Source: Trichomonas gallinae (lineage: Eukaryota). Taken from it: a stretch of 46,766 nt of DNA. Location of the stretch: positions 1 through 46,766 of the forward strand of contig MRSU01000499.1 of the NCBI GenBank assembly GCA_008369845.1. The letters are read 5' to 3'. Below, in pieces: positions 30,566 to 41,600 of the stretch; the first letter of the stretch is position 1; each line of letters begins with the position of its first letter. The notes beneath the pieces are model-generated. The model ran no database searches. It was given only the letters and a program-made list of their open reading frames with translations, and was not told the DNA's origin. The translations under genes were made by a program, and so were the position numbers.

Positions 30566-32326
30566 TTATGCTGTTGGTGCCAAAATGCTTTCGCTAAGTG
30601 TAGCATTTTCATATTTATTCTTCTTGTGCATGATGCAGTAAACGACAATGCCTAAGACAATGAAGACAACTATGCCTACAGGAATAGCAACATACATCGC
30701 AATCTTGGCAGCTTTGTGACTGTCCTGGCCTGAAGTATCAGTTGGTTGCGGAGCAGTCGTTGGCGTTGGTTTTGGTGTATCAGGTTTTGGAGTAGATGTG
30801 ACTGGTTTTAGTGTTGGTGTTGGTGTGTCAGGCTCTGGTGTTGGAGTTGAAGTAACGGGAGCTTGGCAGTATCCGTCGACTTTATCGACACTGAGTTCGC
30901 CGAAGTTGTCAGCAGGATAATCTAATGGAACTGTGACGTTCTTAATGTTGTATGACCACTGGAATATATTGCCAGTGGCTGGTCTAGTTGTGCAGACAAT
31001 GAGGTTCATCAGTTTCTGGCACTCGCTGAATGAAACAGCACCAAATTTTTCAGCGAATTTTGCTGTGACTTTTACCAAGTTTTGAGAAAATGCGAATGCA
31101 GCAGACTGGATGTTTTTGATGTTTTCTGGAACTGTGTACTCTGTCTCCATCTTTGTTGGCGGGTAGAGGATAAGTGTGTCGTTGGTGAATAAAACATTGT
31201 CGGCGATAACAAACTTGGATGATGCAGATGAGATTTCGCCGAGATTCGAACAGCCGTAGAATGCGTAGTCTCCAATTTTAGTCAGAGAAGCTGGCAAGGA
31301 AAGAGACTTAAGTCCTGTGCATCCGTAGAAAGCATAGTCGCCAATAGATTCGAGTGTTGATGGAAGATTTCCATTGTTCAAAGAAACGCAAAGTTTGAAA
31401 GCTTCAGGACCAATTGTTTTAACTTTGGAGAACGGAATAGATGAGATGCTTGGGCAATTAAAGAATGTAGAGTCAGGAATATCAGTGTAGCTGCCGGAGT
31501 AAACGAAATTAGTTAATTTGGTGCATTCTCTGAATATTCCAACGCCAAGGTATGATATTTCGCAGTTAATGTTAACTTCATACAAAGAATAAGTGGAATC
31601 AAACGCGAGATCATCAATTGAAACTGGATTTCCAGAAATTGTGACTTTCCACATCTTATTGAGCATAGAAAATGAGTGCTTGCCTATCTTTGCGTTTGTC
31701 AACTCAACTGTTTGGATATTTTGGTTCTTGAAAAATGCATAATCTGAAATCTCAACATCTGAGAGAGAAACTGCTGAATTTTGGTTTCCACCAACCCAAA
31801 CTAATAGCTTATTACCTTGATAAAGATTTCCATCTTTGCTTTGGAAATTTTGATTATTATTCGTTTGTATGTTCGTTAATTGCCCGCAGTTGACGAATGT
31901 AGCTTCTCCAATCGTTTCTAGATTATCAGGAAGACTGATTGATGTTATAGGCAAAGCGTGGAAAGAGAATTTTCCAATTTTCTTCAGAAATGATGGAAGC
32001 TGAATGCTTCCAAGCTGAGAGCAGCTATTAAATGAATAGTTTCCAATTTCAGTAATGGTATTTGGAAGATTAATTGATTTTAATGTTGAAAGTCTGAAGA
32101 AAACTCTATTTCCTATCTGTGTGATTGTATCGGCTATATTAACAGTTTCAATGTTGTTGTTTTTGATATATGTATCCGCTGTTGAATCAACAATTCCTTC
32201 TCCAGAAATAGTAAGTGTTGTTCCTGATACAGAATAGTCAACACTATTAAGTTTAATACGCACATCTAGCAAGTTAATGGCTGATTTGCTATGAAGAGAA
32301 CAAAAAATTAAAGAATTTAGAAACAT
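30566..32326 (-). CDS. BspA-like LRR type I membrane protein with Pro/Thr stalk
   Basis: TpLRR repeats (LPSTLESIGDYAFYGCTGL), GTTLTISGEG cap, PT-rich linker, TM IAMYVAIPVGIVVFIVLGIVVYCIM, short tail. ATG 32326 follows TCATT (the longer ORF starts at 32380). Confidence 0.93.
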   Translation of the reverse strand: MFLNSLIFCSLHSKSAINLLDVRIKLNSVDYSVSGTTLTISGEGIVDSTADTYIKNNNIETVNIADTITQIGNRVFFRLSTLKSINLPNTITEIGNYSFNSCSQLGSIQLPSFLKKIGKFSFHALPITSISLPDNLETIGEATFVNCGQLTNIQTNNNQNFQSKDGNLYQGNKLLVWVGGNQNSAVSLSDVEISDYAFFKNQNIQTVELTNAKIGKHSFSMLNKMWKVTISGNPVSIDDLAFDSTYSLYEVNINCEISYLGVGIFRECTKLTNFVYSGSYTDIPDSTFFNCPSISSIPFSKVKTIGPEAFKLCVSLNNGNLPSTLESIGDYAFYGCTGLKSLSLPASLTKIGDYAFYGCSNLGEISSASSKFVIADNVLFTNDTLILYPPTKMETEYTVPENIKNIQSAAFAFSQNLVKVTAKFAEKFGAVSFSECQKLMNLIVCTTRPATGNIFQWSYNIKNVTVPLDYPADNFGELSVDKVDGYCQAPVTSTPTPEPDTPTPTLKPVTSTPKPDTPKPTPTTAPQPTDTSGQDSHKAAKIAMYVAIPVGIVVFIVLGIVVYCIMHKKNKYENATLSESILAPTA

Positions 32327-32661
32327 TTTGCTAAAATGATGCGATAGAACCCCTTCAAAATTTTTTGATGATATTGACATTAAGGTTATTTACATGTCAA
32401 ATAAAATTTCAAAACAAAATAAGGATTTATAAGCCTGCAATACTAAAAAGAGGACCATTTATAGCATCTTTATAATATTCTGCAATCAAAAGCAAAAACA
32501 TATAATAATATTACTTTTAAATTCGGCATTTTGGATTAATACTGCAATAGAAACGAGATTGTCAATGTAGTGGCACAAAACTGTTAATCTGATAGAATCA
32601 AATACTGAATGCAATGAAAAAAAAAAAAATTATGCTTGCAAAAACAAAACAAAATCAGGGC

Positions 32662-33327
32662 TTAGATAGCTGGACGATCATTTTTAGAAATATGACCGAT
32701 TATGCTTACATCTTCTTCTTCGCTATCAAGATTCAAATCATTTTCGCTTAGAAGATCTCCATCAATGGTGCCAATGAGTTCTATCTTGTTAAGTGCAATG
32801 CATGGAGGTTCACCTGGGCAATTTTCATCTTGAATTAATCTAGCAAATTTTGCATCATATGTTTCGCTGAATTGATATGTTTTCTCTGCACAATACTCCA
32901 TCATCCTATCGCGCTCAACCTTGTGAACTGTTTTCCATGTTGAATTATCATGCGAAATCTGGAAAGACCAAGAATAAAGGCAAAATCTGCAGCAGTACCA
33001 TGCCTGTTCGATACAACAGCACTCGCTCACATATCCAGCACAGCAGCCAGCTCTGAGAAAATATCCGCGCAATTTCATAATTTTATTAGCTACGGAGAAA
33101 ACTATGTATGGATGCTCGTCATAAGATGATAGGCAGTTAGAACACCAATCGTATTTCTTGTTTACTTGATCGAATACATATTCTGGTTTTGTTTTTTGGA
33201 TAGAACCATTGATCCGCTGTGAACTAGATCCGCTAGCTTCATATCTAAGACTTCCACTCTTGTAAGCACTTCTAAGAATGGAATTTGAGTCACTCAGTAA
33301 TTCCTCAAATATCAAAAAAGTAAACAT
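32662..33327 (-). CDS. Cys-rich F5/8 type C-like (discoidin) protein, probably secreted
   Basis: YDWCSNC, CCCIEQAWYCC, YSWSFQISHDNSTWKTVH, ARLIQDE, IELIG; short hydrophobic N-terminus from ATG 33327. Confidence 0.8.
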   Translation of the reverse strand: MFTFLIFEELLSDSNSILRSAYKSGSLRYEASGSSSQRINGSIQKTKPEYVFDQVNKKYDWCSNCLSSYDEHPYIVFSVANKIMKLRGYFLRAGCCAGYVSECCCIEQAWYCCRFCLYSWSFQISHDNSTWKTVHKVERDRMMEYCAEKTYQFSETYDAKFARLIQDENCPGEPPCIALNKIELIGTIDGDLLSENDLNLDSEEEDVSIIGHISKNDRPAI

Positions 33328-33783
33328 AAAAAATTCTAAAATTTTAACAACTTTGTTTGATTTAGAGTCCAACAAATCTCTGATATAACTATAAAATTAT
33401 CTTATTATGGCATGAAATGGCATGAAACAATACATCAAGAAGGTGTTTCCATGAATGTTCACACATCTTATAATACATAATATTCAGATTTGATGCATGT
33501 TCAAAAAAAAAATTGATGATCAATAATAAAGATTTTGGGAGATTAGTATACATATATAATCATACCATACTATATATTCTATAGATGTGGAACGTTCTGC
33601 AGGCTGTAAAACTCAACATTTGTATTTTGTATTATTGCCGGCGTGAAAGCATTAAAAATCAGATATTATATGATATTTATATATGAAAATATATTATTTA
33701 GAGGTTTCAATGTGTCAATATTACATCATAGTATCTATTTAAAAATCATATAATTTTTATTTAACAAACAAATATTAAAAAGA

Positions 33784-35712
33784 TTATTCGGGGAAAGAAG
33801 GTAATGCTCTTGATGGTGTACGTCTTGTCTTAGTTTGCGCTGTGTAGACATTAGGACGAACGAGGAGTCTCTTAGCAGGGCTTTCCGTCCTGAAGCTTTT
33901 GAGCTGTTTAACTTGCTGCTGGCTCATTTTCGGAATGAGTGGCTGCATATCAGAAACTATAAACCTAGTATTGATGCCTTTTCCGCTTCTGATTTGCTCC
34001 AGTTCTCGCTTCAAGTTATCGATATGCAGTCTTAAAGCTTTTTCTTCTGCTTCCTTTTGCACTTGCATGGACTTGAGTTTCGCTGATGCCTTTGAAGACG
34101 CTACATTTAGTTCCTTCTGTAGTTTTCCAAGTAAATTTTGTCTCCTCAATGCAACTTCCTGCTCTGCAACTTTCTGCTTCCTTGCAGCTTCCTCTTCTTC
34201 CATCCTCTCTGCAGCAGCTCTAGCAGCCGTGGCTTCTTTGAAGTCTGAAGCCAATAAAAGCGCTCTTTCCCTCTCCCTCATCTGTAGAAGAGCTGGAGAA
34301 GCCTTCGAAAACTCTCTGAGACTCTCCGGGCTCTCGTACTTCTCGCTGAACTTCTCAAGTGCGGCAGAATTCTTGTCACCCATTTTATCGAGCTTTGACT
34401 GCTCAGCTGATGCGTAAGAAGCAATTTTTTCTTCCCATGAAGCCGTCAAGTTCTCCAGTTGATGCTCAGCGTTGTCTAAATTCTTCATCAGAGCTTGCTC
34501 TCTTTTCTTGTATGCTTCGGCTTTTGCTGCTTCTGTCATCGAGCGCTGGAACTGCTTCTGTAGCGTATCAAGCTCCTTCGCCTTCTGGTAGTCACCACCG
34601 AGCATTGAATCGAAGCCTTTCTGGCCCATGTAGACATATAAGTCGCCACGTTCTTCAGGCGGTGGCAGAGCTTTGTGCACAATGTATGAGTGCATCGCTT
34701 GAGCGAGTTCTTCGTCTGTGAGTTTCTTCGGGCCCGGCGCAGTTTTGCTGTATACATATGGTTTGTCGATTTGGGCAACGAAAACTGGTTCGTTTGGGGC
34801 TGACGTGGAGCACACTTTGTCTTCTTGGACGCCTTCATCTCTTGATGAAATATCTTCTGGTTGCTTGCTTTGTTCATCTGGCGAAATTAAATTAACAATT
34901 TCGTTACATCCGTTGTCGAAGGTTTCTTTAGCAGAAACTTCTTCGGTCTGATTGTCAGCAACTGTTTCTTGGCCCTTTTGCTTGTCTTCTTCGTTTCCAT
35001 CATTAATTTGCTCCGGATTTTCTTTTTCATCTTGATTTCGAATTTCATTGGAGATTTTGTCGATTTTTTCTTTGGCTTCTTCAATGCTCTCTGTGATTTC
35101 AACTTTTTCTTCTGTATTTTGCTTGTTTTCATTTATTTGAGTATCGGATTCAGTACTATCTTTTTGATCATTAGAGTTTTGTGTTGTTTCTGGTTCTTCG
35201 GTATTAGATTTGTTTTCAGGTTCAATTGGTGCATTTTGAATAATATCTTCAATTTTTTCTTTTGTTTGCTCAACGTTCTGTACTATTTCATTCTCTTTAT
35301 TCGAATCATTACCTAAAACTATCATCGAGGCCATTTTTTCTTCAGCAGCTTTAATATTTTCAATTTGTTCGTTATTTGGATTCTGTTTATTTTCTTGAGT
35401 ATTTTGGTTGCTTTCTTGTTTATCATTATAAACAATAGGTTCTTGAACTTTTGCAATAGTTTCATTTAATTCTGATTTGATTGTTTCTTTTTCTGGCGTT
35501 TGTTGGTTGTTTTCTTGTTCATTTTTAATGCCTAAATCCTTCTGCGCTTCGCTAATAGCGTCAGTAAGAGAATTCGCATTGCTCATTTGTTCGTTATTTT
35601 GTGGAAGCTCAGTTTGATTCACTCTCTCGTTGACGAGGATAAGCATGCGATGTTTCATGGTCTCAGGGAGGATTCCGGCACTTTCTTTTTCTTTCGCTTC
35701 GCCGGCCTGCAT
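33784..35712 (-). CDS. Hypothetical protein with acidic low-complexity N-terminus and coiled-coil C-terminus
   Basis: Long ORF; first ATG 35712; E/N/Q-rich region followed by heptad-rich helices. Confidence 0.85.
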   Translation of the reverse strand: MQAGEAKEKESAGILPETMKHRMLILVNERVNQTELPQNNEQMSNANSLTDAISEAQKDLGIKNEQENNQQTPEKETIKSELNETIAKVQEPIVYNDKQESNQNTQENKQNPNNEQIENIKAAEEKMASMIVLGNDSNKENEIVQNVEQTKEKIEDIIQNAPIEPENKSNTEEPETTQNSNDQKDSTESDTQINENKQNTEEKVEITESIEEAKEKIDKISNEIRNQDEKENPEQINDGNEEDKQKGQETVADNQTEEVSAKETFDNGCNEIVNLISPDEQSKQPEDISSRDEGVQEDKVCSTSAPNEPVFVAQIDKPYVYSKTAPGPKKLTDEELAQAMHSYIVHKALPPPEERGDLYVYMGQKGFDSMLGGDYQKAKELDTLQKQFQRSMTEAAKAEAYKKREQALMKNLDNAEHQLENLTASWEEKIASYASAEQSKLDKMGDKNSAALEKFSEKYESPESLREFSKASPALLQMRERERALLLASDFKEATAARAAAERMEEEEAARKQKVAEQEVALRRQNLLGKLQKELNVASSKASAKLKSMQVQKEAEEKALRLHIDNLKRELEQIRSGKGINTRFIVSDMQPLIPKMSQQQVKQLKSFRTESPAKRLLVRPNVYTAQTKTRRTPSRALPSFPE

Positions 35713-35728
35713 TGTAAAAAAATTAGTT

Positions 35729-35736
35729 GTCACTTT
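35729..35736 (-). promoter_or_regulatory. Trichomonad promoter motif M2 (AAAGTGAC)
   Basis: Exact AAAGTGAC on the coding strand 17-24 nt upstream of ATG 35712. Confidence 0.6.
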
Positions 35737-36206
35737 TACACCAACCTACATATTACTTGATTTTAAGCATAAATATAGATTTTTTATATAGATAGTTTCA
35801 CTTTTTCCAATATAACATTGATGAAATTTTGAGTTTTTATCAAAAGTGATGACAAAACTTCACCAGGTTAAAATTCGACATCTACTACCATAGATGATTA
35901 GAATAGAACCAACTTAGTAGGTGAATATGATAGTAAACTATATACCCTAATAGCACAACAGAAACTAAAACATGTATTTTCAAATTGCTTGTTGAGCATT
36001 CGATATTTCTTTTGCACTCAAAAAAAAGATGAATTTATTCAAATTTCATGAATCTCTTATAATTTTTTTGAGATTTTCTTGTATATAACTCTTATAGTCA
36101 TACTGTATCCATATCTTTAATTTGGAAGGATTCTATTGGGAAAATCAGCTGTCTGCAACTTATATTTATTCCCTGTCAAAATGATGTTAAAAAAAATTGT
36201 CACTAT

Positions 36207-37853
36207 TTACAAAAACAAATGCTTAGCTTCTTCTGTTGCGACATCTTTAGGAGTTCTCTTGTGTCCATCCCAAATTTCTTTTGGAATGCCTTTTTCCAGC
36301 AAATACTGGATAATATCTATATATCCGTTTCGTGCTGCGATATGGAGAGCAGATTCAGCATCTTGGTTGAATCTCATTATATTCACATCCTGTCTTTCTC
36401 CAAAATTGCGCACACAATCGATGTTTCCATAAGAAACGGCTTCAAGAAAAGGAGATGTCTTGTGGATATCTACTGGATCTGCATTTATTTTTGTGTTTTG
36501 AAGCAATAATGCTATAATATCATGATGTCCTTTCCTTGCAGCAAAATGGAGAGGAGTTGCTCCAGTAACTGATTTCTTGTTAACATCAATATTCTCAAAA
36601 GTTAATAGTAATTTTAATATTTCTATATTTCCTGACAAAGAGACTTTGGCTAAAGGTGTTTCTCCGATCGAATCAGTTTCATTGACATCAATATTCTTTG
36701 AAAATAGAACAAGCTTTACAATATCGACACTTTCGCTCTTCACTGCTTCTAATATAGGTTTTGATATAAGAAACTTAGTTAAATCATAGTCACACCTGTC
36801 GAGAACGAAGTCTAATATGAAAACATCTTTCGCATAAACTGCAAACGAGAAAAGATTTGACATAATATCCAAATCATCATCAATATGCGAAAGTATAACT
36901 TGAATAGCAGCAATATTTCGCGTGCCTACATAATGAATGATTGACACTAAAAGATTAGCAAATATTCTATCTAAAATCCAATCAAGCATTTCGATAGTCC
37001 CATAATTAAGAATTGCTTCTGATAAATTTTCATTATTAAGATGATTCAAACAGAGACGCAATATCTCAAGGGAGCCACCAACTACGCAGTCTTCTTCGAT
37101 ATTTTCTATTTTATTGTTAGAATTTTCATTAATTGTTAGAAAATATTTAAAACATTGAACTGATCCGCATCTGGCTGCAAAATTTATCAATGGAAGTTCT
37201 CTAGTTGTCGGATTAACTACAAAGCATCCACAAGAAACCGTTTTTTGGTCATTTTTATCAATGATTTCGATCACAGAGTCAATATCATCCATCATTATTG
37301 CATAATTGAGCGTGTTCTCTGTGTATCCATTCAAAATCAGGCTTTTTCTTTGTGATTCATCATTCAAAAATTCCAACATCATTCTCATCTTTTTAATTTG
37401 TGAGGATGAACATTGTAAGCTATCTAAAATCATGACTATTTTCGTTTTCCCAATGTAAAATTCTCTGAAAAATAGTGAAAATAAAATAATTTTTTCATCT
37501 TTCTTATGATTATCTAGAAAATGATCAATAAAACTATTATCTAGAGCTCCCTCAAGATATAAATTGAGTAGAAGTCTTATAAACCATACTTTATCGTAAT
37601 ATTCTTGAAATTGATTTTCGATTTCGACTAAATTAAAGGATTTTAAAGATTTTATATATAGACAATAAAAGTGTAAGCCTTTTGGATTTCGTGTAATTAA
37701 AAATTGAATCAAATTAAACACGTGAAAAAAATCTAAATCGATTGAGTTTGTAATATCAACGAAATTTTGAAGATTTTGACTACTTATTCGCAGCATATCA
37801 TTGTACAAAGCTGCAAACTTCTCTCTTCTCTCTTTTGTCGCATCAAAAAACAT
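36207..37853 (-). CDS. Ankyrin repeat protein (DUF3447-type N-terminus)
   Basis: LINFAARCGSVQCFKYF; GETPLAKV, GATPLHFAARKGH, TSPFLEAVSYGN, ESALHIAARNGY. Confidence 0.93.
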   Translation of the reverse strand: MFFDATKERREKFAALYNDMLRISSQNLQNFVDITNSIDLDFFHVFNLIQFLITRNPKGLHFYCLYIKSLKSFNLVEIENQFQEYYDKVWFIRLLLNLYLEGALDNSFIDHFLDNHKKDEKIILFSLFFREFYIGKTKIVMILDSLQCSSSQIKKMRMMLEFLNDESQRKSLILNGYTENTLNYAIMMDDIDSVIEIIDKNDQKTVSCGCFVVNPTTRELPLINFAARCGSVQCFKYFLTINENSNNKIENIEEDCVVGGSLEILRLCLNHLNNENLSEAILNYGTIEMLDWILDRIFANLLVSIIHYVGTRNIAAIQVILSHIDDDLDIMSNLFSFAVYAKDVFILDFVLDRCDYDLTKFLISKPILEAVKSESVDIVKLVLFSKNIDVNETDSIGETPLAKVSLSGNIEILKLLLTFENIDVNKKSVTGATPLHFAARKGHHDIIALLLQNTKINADPVDIHKTSPFLEAVSYGNIDCVRNFGERQDVNIMRFNQDAESALHIAARNGYIDIIQYLLEKGIPKEIWDGHKRTPKDVATEEAKHLFL

Positions 37854-38407
37854 GAATTCAATTTAAATAATAATGTATAAAGAATTATTTTTTTTATTCG
37901 AAATTTCTACTGATTCAAAAATTTCAAAGGAAAATAATCGTTCAAACGAGAAATTAAAGCGGGAGATATGATTTATAATAGTATTACAATGTGTTTATCC
38001 AATAAAATACAAAGAAAAATCTTGTTCAATTTTGATATGTATTTGATTGATGATTTATTAGTATCTCATCTATTTAGACATTCATTGATGATTTGACTTT
38101 AATTTAGTGAAATTGATTTTTAATCTTATATTATCTTCACTAGTATCATCATCTTCATCAGTATATGCATTATTCTACTAGTTAATGTAGCATATTATAT
38201 TAATTTAATGATGTGATCTATATTGTAACATCATATTGGACTTTTGCCTAATGATGTTCAACTCGAAAAATAAGGTTAAACATACTAATTGAATCTATCA
38301 TTAAGTTTCCATGAAAATGAAGAAAACACATGGTTTATCGTCCATATGATGCAACAATGAAGTTTTCCTCATTCAGCTGATATAATGATGACTATAAAGC
38401 AGAAAGT

Positions 38408-38605
38408 TGTAAAGAATATTTTTCAATTGTTTGTAAACTTAATAATATGACGTGTAAATTATTTTTAATATGTTTGTAAAATAATAATTTTGTTTGTAAA
38501 ATCAATAATTTGACGTGTAAATTAATTAGAAAACTGTTGTAAACTTAATAATATGACATGTAAACAATAAAATTTGTTTGTAAACTATTAAATATGACGT
38601 GTAAA
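38408..38605 (+). repeat. Phased ~21-bp array of ten TGTAAA-core motifs directly upstream of the 38637 gene
   Basis: TGTAAA at 38408, 38432, 38453, 38475, 38495, 38516, 38538, 38559, 38579, 38600; two variants (TGTTTGTAAA and TGACRTGTAAA). Confidence 0.85.
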
Positions 38606-38636
38606 TTGACAGAAAATATTAATAAAAAAAAATAAA

Positions 38637-41600
38637 ATGAATGACGTTTCATTGACTTTTAATAAAATAGATAAGCTTCTTTCCTCCAAGACGATCACAA
38701 TGAACGATTTGCAGGATTTGTATCAGTTCTTCACGTCGTATGAGAAAGAAACGAAGGAGATCAATTTTCCCGGACAGTCTTATTCGAAAAAATATGATTA
38801 TTTCACTACAGAAAAAATCAAAGCGCTGTTTACACTTATAAAATCCACAATCAGCATCGAAGACGTTAGCTTTCATACAGCATTGATTGTTATTTTACAT
38901 GTAATCGCACAAGATTTCCCATTCTTCGTCAATAACATACTAGAAAAGATGTTTGAGTCTACAAACAATGATGAATTGATGCTTTGCGCTTATATTTCTC
39001 GATATATTATTGATCCATGTACTGGCTTCCTTAAATTCGCAAGCCATGATGGAAAAGATACTCACCAGTATTGGGGAAAAGACACAGATGATCTAAAAAC
39101 TCCATTCGGCCAAGCGTTGACAAAATTACGTAATTTGGCTTTCGAAAAAGGCGCCAATCTTCTTAAGTCAAAAGCTAGCAAAGCTGATCAAGGTACAATA
39201 TTTTACAACCAGTCGCTTCTCTCTAATATACAAAGTGTTATTGTTCCGCCTTGTTTTCGAGTTGGCGACTTGCTTTGCGGTTTCCCGCGCCGCCCGGAGA
39301 TAGCTATCAACCTTTCCGCGCTCCAGGATCAATCGATGTTTACTCAGGCGCATAAAATCGAACCAGATAAAATTTCTTCAGCAGTTCAGACTTGGTCTAA
39401 GATGTTTAGCTTCATGAACACAATAGGCGCCAAAGAACTAAAAATACAAATGAATTTTACAGCAAATTGTCCAACAAAAGATTCACCGAGCGTTTTATTC
39501 ATGAAACTCATCCCATTCTTAAACATCGAGTACTTTCCAGCTGACATCTTGAGAAATGCCATCGACCAGCTCATTTTTTCTGATGTGAGCATCAGTTCTT
39601 TCACATTAATCTTAATGCAAGCGATTTTACTTATATATCCAGATACTACGAACATAATCTTTGACAAGCTATTCGAAATCGTCGATAATCTCGGCCATCT
39701 TACAGTTCCACAGTTTTATTCTTTAATTTTCTCAATTGGACGCTTTATGGAGATCCTCTACTGCCATAAGAGCAGGAAATTATCCGATGAATCACTTACA
39801 AAGTTGGATTCGCTTGCTTTACTCGCTTTTTGCGCGCCATATAATGGAATTCGCGATGGAGCCTTCCGTCTTGCTTTTGCTATTAACAGGTACGAAACTG
39901 GCATCAGAGAGAATACTGTTTACTCAGTATTTTCATCATCTTCCAAACAAATCGAGCAAGGATTTGTATCATCGATAAAATGCTTCCCATTGATCTCATT
40001 GCTGCATCCAACAGATAACATAAGTGTTCCAACAGTCATTGAAGTCATGAGATGTCCAGAAGAACTGATCTGGCAAATAATGCTCAGCGGCTTAGGCAAA
40101 GAATTCGCTCTGCACCTTGATTCCAATGTCATTCAACAATTCAAGAGAGATGCTATTAAGCTCTTAGAGACAATGGACAGCTCAAGCTTCAGCCGCAGAT
40201 TCGCAATCAACATTTTGATGAATTTAACGATGATTCCTGTCGATAAAGGAGATAAGGCAATGATAAGGATAGTTTTAGACAATGCCGCTGCTTGTTTGAG
40301 CGAACTCTATCCAGATGTCGTATTCTTATTCACAACTTGCCCAGAATCATATTTCGTTCCAATCATTGAAACGCTCCTGAATTCCAATGACATCCTGATC
40401 CAAGTTACAGCAACAGCCACACGTGGATTGACATGGAACAGCCAATTCGCGAAAGCTTTAGATAATCCAAGCTTTTTGACGCTTTTCCAGACCTTATTCA
40501 GGAAGTTAACAAAGAGTATCAACAGTTTCTTGATCGACGAGTCAATAAAGAAGAGAAACGTTAAAGTTGACGTTTCAACGGAAATTATTTACAATCATGT
40601 AATATTAAGGGATTTCGTTTTGACAACTTACCAGTTATTGTCCTTCTTGACAAGGAAGTTCTCCACCCGTCCTTCAACTCCTTTCCCTTGCTTCGATACA
40701 ATCACAAATGTCGAACTCAAAGAATTACTTAACATGGAGACAACATTCGACTCCCTGATCATCATTGCGACAACGGAATTCAATGATCCAGACAATAACC
40801 TTCACTTTTACACAATTCGAACAATAAGTTTGTGGCTCTGCTGCTGCAGGCTCAGGAAGTCTGATCTATTGAACACAAACGACTTCATTGACCAGCTGGA
40901 GAAGTTTAACGACTCGAATTTATTGGCGAATTCTTTGATTCACCAATTCACAGAATTCTTGCCAATTTTCTTGAAGCGCGCCATCAGCGAAAACGGTTCT
41001 TTGTTCTTTGACGCACTCTGCATGTTCTTCCGCGCTCCACACAAATTCGCAAACGGCCCAACAGCTGTTTTAGTCTCGCAATGGGAGTCAATATCACCAG
41101 AGCCAAACGAGGAAATGGAGGCCGCTATGCAGTGCTTATACGAAGAAGGCGGCAACTTTTTGGCGATGTGCTTCTATTATTTGGTTTCTCCTGACAAGAA
41201 ACAGCGGGACAACTCGTTCATTATGCTCGCCTCGATGGTCCCTCTCCTCGTCGCTTATCACGATAGATCGCAGCCAGAGAAACTCGTCGGATTATTGTCA
41301 ACATTAAGAGGTTTCTCGACATTGACGATGACAACAGAATGTGTCAACTCATTGAGCACGAAGCTCGTCGAATACATGAGTTTCATGACTGAATCTGTTA
41401 TCGACAGATATATCGACGCAATGCATACAGATACAGGCAGAGAAACGGACAGATTATTCCATCCAATATTACCATGGATCGCTTCAATCTCCCTTGACCT
41501 CGAAAACAGAGTTGTTTCAAGAACAACAGATTTCATTTTCCTAAGATTCTCTTGTTTCTCATTTGTCGAGAAGGTTTTGTCAATATTCGAGCCCCTCTCT

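Noticed and set aside
38408..38605. CRISPR-like repeat/spacer array
   Set aside because: Repeats are only 6-11 bp with ~10-bp AT-rich spacers; no cas genes; eukaryotic context.
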